Shown: positions 49,897-61,746 of the stretch, one piece after another | Layout: each line of letters opens with the position of its first letter | Position numbering within the stretch: position 1 is the stretch's first letter | Source: Patescibacteria group bacterium | Lineage (GTDB): Bacteria; Patescibacteriota; Patescibacteriia; Patescibacteriales; UBA12465 | Assembly: GCA_028705215.1 (NCBI GenBank) | Contig: JAQWDY010000001.1 | Location: forward strand, 32,785 to 96,784 | Direction of reading: 5' to 3' | DNA length: 64,000 bases | The notes under the pieces: generated by a model | Database searches by the model: none | What the model saw: the letters and a program-made list of their open reading frames with translations, nothing else | What the model was told of the DNA's origin: nothing | Translations under genes and position numbers: made by a program

Positions 49897-51363
49897 TTAA
49901 TTTTGTGTATCGTTGCCTAAGAGTATGAGAAAATCAATTTCAGGATTTTCATTTTGATAAGTATTTATCCAAGCAGGAAAAGAGAAGCTTTGCTTTGCTT
50001 TTGTTTTACTTTTTAACGCATTTAAAACTTCATTTTTATCACCATATGTAAAGTCAAAAATTAAAGATTCAACTTGATCTCTTTCTGGGGCGTTACTAAT
50101 ATCAACAACTGTTAAACCTAGGCTTTCTAAATCAGCTGCTACGCGCCCAGCTAAACCATTAATAAAGGTTCCATTTTTAACAACAACATCCGCATCTTCT
50201 CTCACCTGGATAATCTCTGCGACATCTTCTTTTTCATCTATATTTTTATTGTTTGTCTCAAATAAATTGTTAAACAAATTTCTAATATCGGTAAAATTTC
50301 CAGAAACAGGTGTTAGAATATAAGCACCATCACCACCAGTAGCTGGTTTTAAATAATTACCAGGAGCATCGCTTAAGACTACATTTTTAATTTGGTTACG
50401 ATTAACGTTTTTAAATAAATCCCACAATCTGATTAACTCCCAAGCTTCAAGGTCGGTTGCTAAATGTGTATTTAACTCATTAATTAAATGACCTATGGTC
50501 ACAGGATTTAATAAGGTCTGCTTAGATAAGAGCTTGTTTTTAGTGGCCTCTATAACTAGTTGTTGTCTTCGTGCGCGAGCAAAGTCTGAGCCCTCTACTC
50601 CATAAGCATGACGAGAACGGGCATATTTTAAAGCTAAGTCGCCGTTCATTTTGGTTAAGCCCTTTTCAATAACTAAGTGTTCATAGCGCGCATAATAGTT
50701 CGGATTATCTTCCTGTCCAAATATTGGATATTTATAATCATCTAAAGTGTTTTCAACATCGATTTCAATTCCCCCAATTTCATCAATAATGTTAGTGAAC
50801 CCTTTAAAATCAACTCGAACATAATAATGAATTGGAATTTGAAATACTTGGCTTAGAGTTTTAATGGTTTCTTCTCCGCCATTTTTACCGCTTGCTTGAG
50901 CAATGGCATTGATGCTATTTATTTTACGCCAGCCGCTACCTTCAATAGGTACCGTTAAATCGCGAGGTATGGAAACTAAAGCGATTTCACGTGTTGATGG
51001 CTTAAGGCTAGCTAACATTATAGTGTCGGTAAGATAGGCGCCATCATGACCCTCACCGCCCATGCCAAGAAGAAGAATATTAATTTGATCATCGTTTTCT
51101 CCTTCCAAATCCTTATCGCCGCTAGGAGCTAAATGTTTTAGGGAGTTAAAAATATTCTTACTTGATAACCAATCAGTTGTGCTTTGGCTAGACATAATAA
51201 CCTTTCCTGAAAATACTAAACCTAATACTAAAAAGATTATTACGTAAAAAGTAATTTTATTCTTTTTCTTATTCTTTGTTTGGTCAGTGAAAACTTCATT
51301 AGTAAGATTTTCCTGGCCTTCTTGTTTTTCTATCTCTTCCATTTTTTTCTTAAAATCTATCAT
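49897..51363 (-). CDS. LCP (LytR-CpsA-Psr) family protein with LytR_C domain
   Basis: INILLLG, TDTIM, SIPRD, ALKYARSR, SDFARARRQQ. Start at ATG 51363. Confidence 0.93.
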   Translation of the reverse strand: MIDFKKKMEEIEKQEGQENLTNEVFTDQTKNKKKNKITFYVIIFLVLGLVFSGKVIMSSQSTTDWLSSKNIFNSLKHLAPSGDKDLEGENDDQINILLLGMGGEGHDGAYLTDTIMLASLKPSTREIALVSIPRDLTVPIEGSGWRKINSINAIAQASGKNGGEETIKTLSQVFQIPIHYYVRVDFKGFTNIIDEIGGIEIDVENTLDDYKYPIFGQEDNPNYYARYEHLVIEKGLTKMNGDLALKYARSRHAYGVEGSDFARARRQQLVIEATKNKLLSKQTLLNPVTIGHLINELNTHLATDLEAWELIRLWDLFKNVNRNQIKNVVLSDAPGNYLKPATGGDGAYILTPVSGNFTDIRNLFNNLFETNNKNIDEKEDVAEIIQVREDADVVVKNGTFINGLAGRVAADLESLGLTVVDISNAPERDQVESLIFDFTYGDKNEVLNALKSKTKAKQSFSFPAWINTYQNENPEIDFLILLGNDTQN

Positions 51364-51446
51364 ATTAATATTTAAATTCCGAAATAAATCGGAGCCACAC
51401 ACATTTAAAGCTTATAAAATATTGACTAGCTTTAGCTTTTTAGGCT

Positions 51447-51522
51447 TGGTGGACTTGAGGGGACTTGAACCCCTTACCTCCGCCATGCGAAGGCGGCGCT
51501 CTACCAGCTGAGCTACAAGCCC
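51447..51522 (-). tRNA. tRNA-Ala(CGC)
   Basis: GGGCTTG/CAAGTCC ACCA with G3-U70, CCGCC TT CGC AT GGCGG. Confidence 0.95.
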
Positions 51523-51531
51523 GTTATTAAG

Positions 51532-51602
51532 TCGGGCTGCCCGGAATCGAACCGGGGCTACATGCACCCCATGCATGCGTACTACCATTATACTACAGCC
51601 CG
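51532..51602 (-). tRNA. tRNA-Pro(GGG)
   Basis: CGGGCTG/CAGCCCG A, CATGC AT GGG GT GCATG. Confidence 0.94.
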
Positions 51603-51830
51603 TAACAACAAAAAGAGTTCATCGCCCCTGAGAACTTTATTCTATCTTATCATAGAAAGTTAATATAATTCAAGGTAAAAAATAGGCTATTTTTATTATT
51701 AAATATTAGTATAGTTTGTTAATTTTTTGACACTTAGAATAATTTTTAAATAATTGCTTATTATCTATAATTTTAATAATTGCTTTTTCTCTTTTTTTCA
51801 CATAAGATATTAATAAGTAATATAATTTAT

Positions 51831-52820
51831 ATGGATAACAAAAAGATATTATTTTCAGGGGTTCAGCCCAGCGGTAGCTTTAATATTGCTGGTTATATTG
51901 GCGCCATTTCACAATGGGTTAAAATGCAGGAAAAATATAGGTGCGTTTTTTCAATTGTTGATTATCATGCTATTACCGTAAAACAAGATCCACAAACATT
52001 GCGCCAACAAATTAAAGAAATGGTTAAAATTTATTTAGCAGCCGGGATAGATCCTAATAAATCGATAATTTTTCAACAATCATCTGTCAGCGCGCATACG
52101 GAATTAGCGTGGATTTTAAATTGTTGTGGAGCGAGAATGGCGGATTTAAATAAAATGACTCAATTTAAGGATAAGGTGGGGGCAAATCAAGAATCAGCTA
52201 GTGTTGGCTTATTTGATTACCCAGTATTAATGGCGGCTGACATCTTGCTTTATAGTACAGATTTAGTTCCAGTTGGTGAAGATCAAAAGCAGCACGTTGA
52301 GTTAGCGCGTGATATTGCTAAAAGAATAAACAATCAATTTGGCGATTTGTTTGTTGTTCCGCAGGCAGTTATTAAAGAAGAGGGTGCTAGGATTATGTCT
52401 TTACTAAATCCAGATAATAAAATGAGCAAAAGCGATCCTAATCAAAACAACTCTATTGCCTTGCTCGATAATATTGATTTGGCAAAAAAGAAAATAATGA
52501 AGGCGGTAACAGATTCGGGCACAGAAATTGTTTATGATAAAGAAGAAAAGCCGGCAATCGCTAATTTATTAACTATTTATGCACAACTTGGGAATCGGGA
52601 AATACCAAGATTAGTTAAAGATTATAAAGGTAAGGGCTATGGCGATTTCAAAAAAGATTTAGCCGAGGTTGTTGCTAAATTTTTAAATGATTTTCAAGAT
52701 AAATATAATAAAATTAGTGAAAAAGAAGTAGAAAATGTTTTAAGAGAAGGAGCAAGGAGGGCGGAGAAAATAGCTAAATCTAAATTAGATGAAATAAAAA
52801 AAGCAATTGGTGTTAAGTAA
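51831..52820 (+). CDS. trpS: Tryptophan--tRNA ligase
   Basis: FSGVQPSG, DYHAIT, YPVLMAADILLY, VPVGEDQKQH, KMSKS. Start at ATG 51831. Confidence 0.97.
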   Translation: MDNKKILFSGVQPSGSFNIAGYIGAISQWVKMQEKYRCVFSIVDYHAITVKQDPQTLRQQIKEMVKIYLAAGIDPNKSIIFQQSSVSAHTELAWILNCCGARMADLNKMTQFKDKVGANQESASVGLFDYPVLMAADILLYSTDLVPVGEDQKQHVELARDIAKRINNQFGDLFVVPQAVIKEEGARIMSLLNPDNKMSKSDPNQNNSIALLDNIDLAKKKIMKAVTDSGTEIVYDKEEKPAIANLLTIYAQLGNREIPRLVKDYKGKGYGDFKKDLAEVVAKFLNDFQDKYNKISEKEVENVLREGARRAEKIAKSKLDEIKKAIGVK

Positions 52821-53002
52821 TAAAAAAGGAATAAATAGATAACAAAAAACTGCTAAATATAAGCAGTTTTTTGTATCATGATAATTTTGAGTCTAATTGG
52901 CATCAATTCTTTTGCTATTTTCGTTTAAGAAAATAGCCACTCCAACACTACGTTGGAGGCGACCATTTCTTCTTTTCACATGGAAGAGAAGAAATACTCC
53001 CT

Positions 53003-54485
<1,483 letters not shown>

Positions 54486-54857
54486 TGATTGACTCTATTA
54501 AACTTAAAGTAAAAACTTTAAATTTAATTTATTGTTATTCCGTTTTTAAAACGGATAAAATTTTTGTTTCGAATTGATGCCAATTAGCATCAAAATTAAC
54601 CATCACCATGATTGTTTGGTTATTGATTTTTTAAGGTTCTTATAAAGACAGAAAAAAACAGAGATAAATAATTATCTTGTTTTTCTAAACATTATTCTGT
54701 TTTTATTTTCGATAACCACATTTTATACTAATAAAAAAAGTCTGTCAAGAGTTAAATAGAAAGAGAATAATATTGGGTTTATTTATTTGACTTTTAAGAC
54801 TTTTTACGTTATAAATAGATTAGAAAATATATTATAATTTTTTAATTTTTTAATACC

Positions 54858-55415
54858 ATGAGAATAAAATTTCACCGCACAGAAAGAAAAAAAGAGGAGC
54901 CAGTTTTTAAAGCTAATAATCAAATAAAAGCTGATGAGGTTTTTTTAATTGATGAAAATGATGAAGCAGTAGGAAAAATTTCTTTAAGTGAAGCTTTAGA
55001 AAAAGCTCAAGAGGCTGATCTTGATTTAGTGGAAGTTAATCCTAAAGCTAATCCGCCAGTAGTAAAGATAGTTAATTTAGGACAATTAAAATATGAAAGA
55101 GATAAGCTTGCTCATAAACAAAAAATGCAGCAGAAAAAAATTGATACTAAAAACATTAGATTGTCTTTTCGTATTAGTGAGCATGATTTAAATATGAGAC
55201 TTTCACAAGCGGAAAAATTTTTAGTGAAAGATAATAAGATTAAAGTAGAGCTCATTTTAAAAGGTAGAGAAAAACAATATCCAAAGAAGGCGGCGGAAAT
55301 TATGAATAACTTTGTTGAACAATTAAAAGCAAAAGAAACGATTCAAGCTGAAATTGAGCAGCCCTTGACAAAACAAGGAGGAAGATTTAATATTATATTG
55401 ATAAATAAAAAGTAA
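54858..55415 (+). CDS. infC: Translation initiation factor IF-3
   Basis: LDLVEVNPKANPPVVKI, ISEHDL, KGRE; start of the infC-rpmI-rplT operon. Confidence 0.96.
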   Translation: MRIKFHRTERKKEEPVFKANNQIKADEVFLIDENDEAVGKISLSEALEKAQEADLDLVEVNPKANPPVVKIVNLGQLKYERDKLAHKQKMQQKKIDTKNIRLSFRISEHDLNMRLSQAEKFLVKDNKIKVELILKGREKQYPKKAAEIMNNFVEQLKAKETIQAEIEQPLTKQGGRFNIILINKK

Positions 55416-55461
55416 ATACTAAAAAAATTCAGGTAATTGCCTGTTTTTTTAATCTGCATTT

Positions 55462-55659
55462 ATGCCCAAGATTAAAACTCATAAAGCAACTGCCAAGCGT
55501 TTTACAAAAACGGCTGGAGATAAGCTTACAAAAAGAAAGGCGGGACAAGATCACTTTAATTCTAGAGAATCAGGAAATACTACTAGAAAAAAAAGAAGAG
55601 ATATCCTAGCTTCTAAAACTTTAGAAAAAACAATTAAGGCTATTACGCCCTATAATTAA
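55462..55659 (+). CDS. rpmI: 50S ribosomal protein L35
   Basis: MPKIKTHKATAKRF. Confidence 0.96.
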   Translation: MPKIKTHKATAKRFTKTAGDKLTKRKAGQDHFNSRESGNTTRKKRRDILASKTLEKTIKAITPYN

Positions 55660-55670
55660 TATTATTATTT

Positions 55671-56015
55671 ATGCCTAGAGTAAAGAGAGGTACTACCCAT
55701 GTTAAAAAAAGAAGGAAATTGTTGCAAGCCGTAAAAGGTTATAAGTGGGGACGTAAAAATTTAATAAAATTAGCAAAAACAGCTCGAACTAAAGCTGGCG
55801 CTCATGCATTTGTTGATAGAAGAAAGAAAAAAAGAACAATGCGTGGCCTTTGGCAAATAAAAATTAGTTCACTTGTACGTGAAAACGGTTTATCTTATTC
55901 TCGTTTTATAAATGCTTTAAAAAAGAATAACGTTGCTATTGATCGTAAAATTCTAGCTGATTTAGCAGAAAACAACCCAAACGTATTTAAAGCAATTGTA
56001 GATAAAGTAAAATAA
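55671..56015 (+). CDS. rplT: 50S ribosomal protein L20
   Basis: MPRVKRG, KGYKWGR, DRRKKKRTMRGLW, IDRKILADLA. Confidence 0.98.
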   Translation: MPRVKRGTTHVKKRRKLLQAVKGYKWGRKNLIKLAKTARTKAGAHAFVDRRKKKRTMRGLWQIKISSLVRENGLSYSRFINALKKNNVAIDRKILADLAENNPNVFKAIVDKVK

Positions 56016-56016
56016 T

Positions 56017-56241
56017 ATGGATTTTTGGTTAAAAATTGGGCAAGTTATAATCGCCATCATGTTAATGATTGTTATTTTGATGCAAAATAGAGGCTCTGGT
56101 GTCGGGGGTGTTTTTGGCGGTGGTGGCGGAGGCGTGTATTTGACTAAAAGAGGTTTTGAGAAAAAACTTTTTAATTTTACTATAATTTTAGCTGTTGTGT
56201 TTGTTGTTATATCCTTAGCTTCTTTTTGGATAAACACTTAA
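56017..56241 (+). CDS. secG: Preprotein translocase subunit SecG
   Basis: ILMQNRGSGVGGVFGG...RGFEKKL, two TM helices. Confidence 0.93.
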   Translation: MDFWLKIGQVIIAIMLMIVILMQNRGSGVGGVFGGGGGGVYLTKRGFEKKLFNFTIILAVVFVVISLASFWINT

Positions 56242-56247
56242 ATTATT

Positions 56248-58026
56248 GTGTCTTCTCTAAAAAATAAAATTTTTGATTTTTTTAAAAAGACTAAACATTC
56301 TTTAGACTTTTTTTTGTTTTTTAAAACTTCAGGACGATTGGATCAAGTTGATATTGATAAAAAATTAGTTTACTCCTTATCGCCTCGAAAAATTCCAACC
56401 ACTAAACAATTTAAATATTTAAATAAATTTTTAAGCCCGAAAGAGAGCTTGATTTTAAAGATTAGTTTAGTTATCCTCTTTTTGAACATAGTTTATTTGG
56501 GGGTAATTTTTTTCCAGAATAATTTTAAAAACAGCCCTGTTTTTGGAGGAACCTATATAGAAGCAACCGTGGGTTACCCAAGATTAATTAATCCGCTTTA
56601 TGCAATTAGTAGGGACGTTGACAATGATTTAAGTCGTTTAATATACTCCAGTTTATTTTCTTATGATAGTTTTGGTGTTTTGCAAAATGACCTAGTAGAG
56701 AGCTTTACTATTGATAGTGAGGGTAAAGAGTATCAGCTTGTGATAAAAGAAGGAGTAAAATGGCATGATAATGAGATTTTAACTAGTGATGATGTTGTTT
56801 TCACTTTTAATTTAATTCAAGATGAAAAATTTAATTCTCCTTTGCGATCGGAGTTAGTTGGTATTAAGGTTGAAAAAATAAATGAAAAAACAATCAAGTT
56901 TATTTTACCAGAGCCTTATGCCCCCTTTCTTGATTTGCTAACCTTTGGCATTATGCCACAACACGTCTGGCAAGGAGTCAGTGCAGATACAATAATTTTA
57001 AATGATTCAAATTTAAAGCCAATTGGTTCTGGGCCTTATAAGATTAAGACCTTATTAAAAAGCAAGTCAGGTGATTTGAAAGAATATCAATTAATAGCAA
57101 ATCTAGATTATTATAAGGAAGTATATATTGAAAATTTAATTATTCGTTTTTTTAGTAACAATATTGAAGCTATAGATAGTTTTAACAATAATCAGGTTGA
57201 TGGTTTGAGCGCTTTGCCTTTTGTAAATAAAGACGATTTGTTAAAACGTGATTCAGTTAATACTTATAATTTAATAAAACCACAAATTGTTGGCCTCTTC
57301 TTTAATCTTAACAAGGATGGCTTAAAAGAAGTTGAAATAAGAACAGCGCTTGCTAAGGCAATTGATAAAAATGATTTAATAAATAATGTATACGGTAATG
57401 CTTATCAAGTAGCAAGTGGGCCAATTTTAAAAAATAGCTTTGCTTATAATAGTGAAGTAGAAAATATTAATAATTATTCTAAAGTTGAGGCAGCGGAAAA
57501 ACTAGCAGGAAAGAATTTAAAAATAAAACTTACAGCAATAAATATTAATGGAAATAGCAGAGTGGCAGAACAGATAAAATCTTATTGGGAAAGTGTTGGT
57601 GTTTCCGTGGAAATTGATTTAATATCATTAGAGCAAGCAGCCGAAACGATAAAAAAACGTGATTTTGATGTTATTTTATATGGACAATTGGTGGGCGGTG
57701 ATCCTGATGTCTATGCGTTTTGGCATTCTAGTCAGGCTGGGTCACAAGGCTTTAACATCTCTGAATATAAAAATGATGAGGCTGATAAGCTTTTAAGTGA
57801 AGCTAGAGTGGCGACAAATGAACTAGAGAGAATTGAAAAATATAAGGCGTTTCAAAATATTGTAAACACCGACGTTCCAGTCATATTTCTATATTCACCA
57901 AGCTATACTTATGTTCAAAATAAAAAAGTAAAAGGCTTTGTTGGCGATGCGATTATTTCTCCAGCTGACCGTTTTGGACAAATTAACGACTGGTATATAA
58001 AAACTAAAAAAATAAAAGCTAAGTAA
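56248..58026 (+). CDS. Peptide ABC transporter substrate-binding protein (family 5)
   Basis: KWHD...TSDDVVFTF, PIGSGPY, RTALAKAIDK, D.PVIFLY. Confidence 0.9.
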   Translation: MSSLKNKIFDFFKKTKHSLDFFLFFKTSGRLDQVDIDKKLVYSLSPRKIPTTKQFKYLNKFLSPKESLILKISLVILFLNIVYLGVIFFQNNFKNSPVFGGTYIEATVGYPRLINPLYAISRDVDNDLSRLIYSSLFSYDSFGVLQNDLVESFTIDSEGKEYQLVIKEGVKWHDNEILTSDDVVFTFNLIQDEKFNSPLRSELVGIKVEKINEKTIKFILPEPYAPFLDLLTFGIMPQHVWQGVSADTIILNDSNLKPIGSGPYKIKTLLKSKSGDLKEYQLIANLDYYKEVYIENLIIRFFSNNIEAIDSFNNNQVDGLSALPFVNKDDLLKRDSVNTYNLIKPQIVGLFFNLNKDGLKEVEIRTALAKAIDKNDLINNVYGNAYQVASGPILKNSFAYNSEVENINNYSKVEAAEKLAGKNLKIKLTAININGNSRVAEQIKSYWESVGVSVEIDLISLEQAAETIKKRDFDVILYGQLVGGDPDVYAFWHSSQAGSQGFNISEYKNDEADKLLSEARVATNELERIEKYKAFQNIVNTDVPVIFLYSPSYTYVQNKKVKGFVGDAIISPADRFGQINDWYIKTKKIKAK

Positions 58027-58063
58027 ACTAGCAATTTAACTCATAAAACTAAATAATAAAAAC

Positions 58064-59899
58064 ATGTACTTACAGAAAAAAATGTCTGCCGTTAGCACTG
58101 AGGCTAAACGGGCGAGTCTTGATAATAATCAAACTAAAACCAAGAAAAGGTTTCAGGGAAGATATGGCTCAAAGAAAAATAGTTCGAGATTACAAAAAAA
58201 AGAAACTTCCGTGGTAATTCCTAGTATTAATGGATCACATTTAAAAATCTATCCTTTAGGAGGACAGGAAGAGGTTGGTAGAAATTGTACCGTATTTGAG
58301 TATGATGAGGATATCATCATTTTAGATATGGGCATGCAATTTGCCGATGAAGACATGCCGGGCGTTGATTATATTGTGCCTAATGTTTCTTCGCTAAGAG
58401 GAAGGGAGAAGAATATTAGAGGAGTAATATTCAGTCATGGCCATCTGGATCACATAGGAGCTGCTCCCATACTTTTAGAGCAACTTGGTAATCCACCAAT
58501 TATTGGTAGAAAGTTAACTTTAGCGATGGTTAAGCATCGTCAAGAAGATTATAAACGAGGCACGACCAAGAATTTAAAAACAATTACTATAAATTCTTTA
58601 GAACAAAAAATTAATTTGGGAATGTTTACGATAAGCTTTTTTCAAGTAGAGCATTCAATTATTGATGCTGTTGGTGTGATAATAAGCACTCCTCACGGCA
58701 CTGTTATTCACCCCGGAGATTGGATGATGGATTCTGGTGAAGATGGAAAAAAATTATTAACTTATGATCACTTAGCAAAATTGCCTTCACCAAAGATTTT
58801 AATGCTAGAGAGCTTAGGTGTTTCATATAATAAAGAAAGAGTGCCGGTATCAAAAAGTAAGGCCAACTTAGAAAGATTAATCCATGAGGCTAAAGGCAGG
58901 GTTATTATTGGCACCTTTGCTTCACAGATGGAAAGGATTACCGATTTGCTTGCCTATAGTGAAAAGATAGGTAAGAAGGTGGTTTTAGATGGCTACAGCA
59001 TGAAAATAAATGTTAAAATTGCACAGGAGCTAGGCTATATTCCCGCTCATAAAAACACCTTGATTGCGGTTGAAGAAGTTGATAAGTATCCAGAAAATAA
59101 AATTGTAGTAATTTGCACGGGCGCCCAGGGAGAGCCTAACGCGGTTTTCTCTCGTATTGTTAATAATAGTCATCGCTATATTAGCATAAAAAAGACAGAT
59201 GTTGTCATTTTTTCTTCTTCAGTTATTCCTGGTAACGAAAGATCGGTACAAAAGATTAAAGATCAGTTATATCGTTTAAGCGATAACGTTATTCATAGTA
59301 GCATTATGGATGTACATTCTGGCGGGCATGCAAATGTGGAGGATATAAAGGTAATGTTAAAGCAGATTAAACCCGATTATTTATTACCAGTTTACGCTAA
59401 CCACTACATGTTAGTTGAAGCAAAAAAATTAGCCTTACGTGAAGGCTTTAAAGATAATCAGGTGTTTGTTTTAGATAATGGACAAATTATTGTATTTCAA
59501 AAAGGAAAGGCGCCTAGAGTTTTAAAAGAAAAGGTTAATACTGACTATGTTATGGTTGACGGTTTGGGAGTGGGTGATGTCTCTGAGGTTGTTTTAAGGG
59601 ATAGACGGGTGATGGCAGATGACGGCATGTTGGTGGTAATTGTTACCATAGATGCAAAAACAGGAGATATAATAGGTAATCCAGATTTAATTTCACGAGG
59701 CTTTATCTATATGAAGGAAAACCGTGACTTAATTGAAAAAACAAGAATGCGTGCTAAAAAAATTGTAAAAGATAAAAATCCAATGACATCAGCTGATGAT
59801 GATTTTATTAAAAACAAGGTTAGAAATGATTTGGGACAATTTTTATTTAAAGCAACAAAACGTCGTCCGATGATTTTGCCAGTTGTAATAAAGGTTTAA
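58064..59899 (+). CDS. rnj: Ribonuclease J
   Basis: PLGGQEEVGRN, SHGHLDHIG, TGAQGE, IPGNE, HSGGHA, RRPMILPV. Confidence 0.96.
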   Translation: MYLQKKMSAVSTEAKRASLDNNQTKTKKRFQGRYGSKKNSSRLQKKETSVVIPSINGSHLKIYPLGGQEEVGRNCTVFEYDEDIIILDMGMQFADEDMPGVDYIVPNVSSLRGREKNIRGVIFSHGHLDHIGAAPILLEQLGNPPIIGRKLTLAMVKHRQEDYKRGTTKNLKTITINSLEQKINLGMFTISFFQVEHSIIDAVGVIISTPHGTVIHPGDWMMDSGEDGKKLLTYDHLAKLPSPKILMLESLGVSYNKERVPVSKSKANLERLIHEAKGRVIIGTFASQMERITDLLAYSEKIGKKVVLDGYSMKINVKIAQELGYIPAHKNTLIAVEEVDKYPENKIVVICTGAQGEPNAVFSRIVNNSHRYISIKKTDVVIFSSSVIPGNERSVQKIKDQLYRLSDNVIHSSIMDVHSGGHANVEDIKVMLKQIKPDYLLPVYANHYMLVEAKKLALREGFKDNQVFVLDNGQIIVFQKGKAPRVLKEKVNTDYVMVDGLGVGDVSEVVLRDRRVMADDGMLVVIVTIDAKTGDIIGNPDLISRGFIYMKENRDLIEKTRMRAKKIVKDKNPMTSADDDFIKNKVRNDLGQFLFKATKRRPMILPVVIKV

Positions 59900-59917
59900 T
59901 AAAATTTCTTACATAAT

Positions 59918-59944
59918 AAAAACCCCTTTAATTAAGGGGCTTTT
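59918..59944 (+). terminator. Terminator after rnj
   Basis: AAAAACCCCTTTAATTAAGGGGCTTTT. Confidence 0.7.
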
Positions 59945-59974
59945 GTTATCATAGTGACATTATTGTTATAGGGC

Positions 59975-60003
59975 TTGACAAGTTTTTTTTAACATGCTAG
60001 TAT
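59975..60003 (+). promoter_or_regulatory. Promoter upstream of the candidate ncRNA
   Basis: TTGACA-17 bp-TAGTAT with an extended TG; no downstream plus-strand gene. Confidence 0.7.
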
Positions 60004-60023
60004 ATAATGTTGCTTAAAAAAAG

Positions 60024-60147
60024 AAAAAACCGATTTAAACGGGACAGGCACGACAAGCATGGGGATTTTCTTTCTAGGGTTTTCCGGCATTTGCTAGAAA
60101 TAACCTAGAGGAAGTTTTCTTGCCTCCCCGTTTAAGTCGGTTTTTTT
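60024..60147 (+). ncRNA. Candidate rod-shaped small RNA (6S-like or novel)
   Basis: Nested stems AAAAACCGAUUUAAACGGG/CCCGUUUAAGUCGGUUUUU, AGGCA/UGCCU, UCUAGG/CCUAGA, UUUC..GGC/GCU..GAAA, with multiple G-U pairs. Confidence 0.6.
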
Positions 60148-60880
60148 ATTGAAAACAACGATTTTTACCAACTATAACATTAAGTTTATTTTTTGCTACA
60201 CTGATTGTAACTGGTGACTTTACTTCAATAACACCATCAACGATTATTGGGTGCTCACTTACAACTTCAAATTTATCCAAACGCATTAAACTTTGGGTAT
60301 TTTTTTTAGTAACAACGTAAACATCCAGTTTGCCGTCATGAGGGTTAGAATTGATAGGATTGTTTTTATCGTTAATTAAATTAATAATTTTGATAAAACC
60401 CTTGTCTTTAATTTCCAATGAATAGTCTTTAAGATTTATAACCGTTCCCCTACTTTCAACCTCGACTTCATTAAGAAAATAATAATCGCCTATTAAACCA
60501 AGATCGATTCTTTCTATGCGTCGTGCCAGGAGTATATTGCAAGCGTCTTCCTCGTTTTTTATACCAAAAGAAGTGGCAATTGAGTTATCATTACCAATTG
60601 GAATGATTCCTAAAAGAGTATTTTTTTGGAAATCACTGTATATATCAGCCTCTATTATTGCTCCCATTATTCGATTTACGGTTTGATTATTGCCAACAGC
60701 AACAATTGTTTTAGCGCCTAAGCGCATTTCATTTTGAATAGCTGATTTTATATTTTTTATTCCGCTTAATCTTATTATTTTTCCATTTAAACCAAGGTCA
60801 GTTAGACGAATTTCCATTCGATTAATTGCCTTGTTGTACCTGGTTTTATTAAGATAGTCGTCATAAATATAAACATGCAT
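60146..60880 (-). CDS. Diacylglycerol-kinase-family (DAGK catalytic domain-like) protein
   Basis: IVAVGNNQTV (degenerate GGDGT), LGIIPIGNDNSIA, IDLG, DGKLDV, VDG. Confidence 0.82.
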   Translation of the reverse strand: MHVYIYDDYLNKTRYNKAINRMEIRLTDLGLNGKIIRLSGIKNIKSAIQNEMRLGAKTIVAVGNNQTVNRIMGAIIEADIYSDFQKNTLLGIIPIGNDNSIATSFGIKNEEDACNILLARRIERIDLGLIGDYYFLNEVEVESRGTVINLKDYSLEIKDKGFIKIINLINDKNNPINSNPHDGKLDVYVVTKKNTQSLMRLDKFEVVSEHPIIVDGVIEVKSPVTISVAKNKLNVIVGKNRCFQ

Positions 60881-60903
60881 AAGAATTTAAATTATGCAGC
60901 TGT

Positions 60904-61305
60904 TTACTTTTCTAAGTCTTCTTTGACAGAATTTTTAATGGATTTTTTTTCAGTTTCAGAAATTGCAAAAAGCTGACCGTTTATAGTTGCTCCTTTTTCC
61001 ATTGACATTTCGCTATAGGCGATATCGCCACTAATTTTGGCTGTGCTACCCAAAGAAAGATAGTTTTTTACTTTTACATTTCCTTTGATTTCGCCATTTA
61101 CCATTAAGTCCTGAGCTTCAACATTAGCTACAACTTTAGCCTTTTCACCTATAAAAATGTTAGCATCAGTTTTAAGAGAACCTTCTAATGAGCCTTCAAT
61201 TACGATGTTGCCTTGTCCATGAAAATTACCCTTAACTTTTATGGAGGCGCCGATTATAGTTTCCGCATCCTTAAATTTTTCAATTTTGTTTTCACGATTA
61301 AACAT
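60904..61305 (-). CDS. Bactofilin (polymer-forming cytoskeletal protein)
   Basis: ETIIGASIKVKGNF...IEGSLEGSL...V.GEIKGNV...GDI....MEKGATING. Confidence 0.92.
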   Translation of the reverse strand: MFNRENKIEKFKDAETIIGASIKVKGNFHGQGNIVIEGSLEGSLKTDANIFIGEKAKVVANVEAQDLMVNGEIKGNVKVKNYLSLGSTAKISGDIAYSEMSMEKGATINGQLFAISETEKKSIKNSVKEDLEK

Positions 61306-61463
61306 ATGTTTTTACAATGAATAAGAATAAGATAACTGCTTTTATTCTATGCTAAAACAAGGCTTTTGTCAAAGTATAGTGAAGTTTTAATTTGCCCTCG
61401 TTTTATTGTTAGTGCAGTTGTAAGAATTATTATATTGATGTAAAATTAGTATAGTTTTATTCT

Positions 61464-61538
61464 GTTCCTATAGTTTAATGGATAAAACAAGAACCTCCTA
61501 AGTTCTAGATCCAGGTTCGATTCCTGGTGGGAACACCA
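61464..61538 (+). tRNA. tRNA-Arg(CCT)
   Basis: GTTCCTA/TGGGAAC ACCA, AGAAC CT CCT AA GTTCT. Confidence 0.95.
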
Positions 61539-61647
61539 TTTTAGATAATTGTCAAGCTATTGACAAAAATAAGTTTAAATGTTTACTTGACAGCATTGTT
61601 TATTTCGCTATAATTCTATTACAAGCACTGTTCCTTAAGGAACATTT

Positions 61648-61721
61648 GGGCCATTAGCTCAGTTGGCTAGAGCGCTTCCATGGCATGGAAGAGGTCAAGG
61701 GTTCAAGTCCCTTATGGTCCA
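61648..61721 (+). tRNA. tRNA-Ala(GGC)
   Basis: GGGCCAT/ATGGTCC A with G3-U70, CTTCC AT GGC AT GGAAG; TTGACA-TATAAT promoter upstream. Confidence 0.95.
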
Positions 61722-61746
61722 CTTTTTTAAATTAAAGAAAAGCCAT

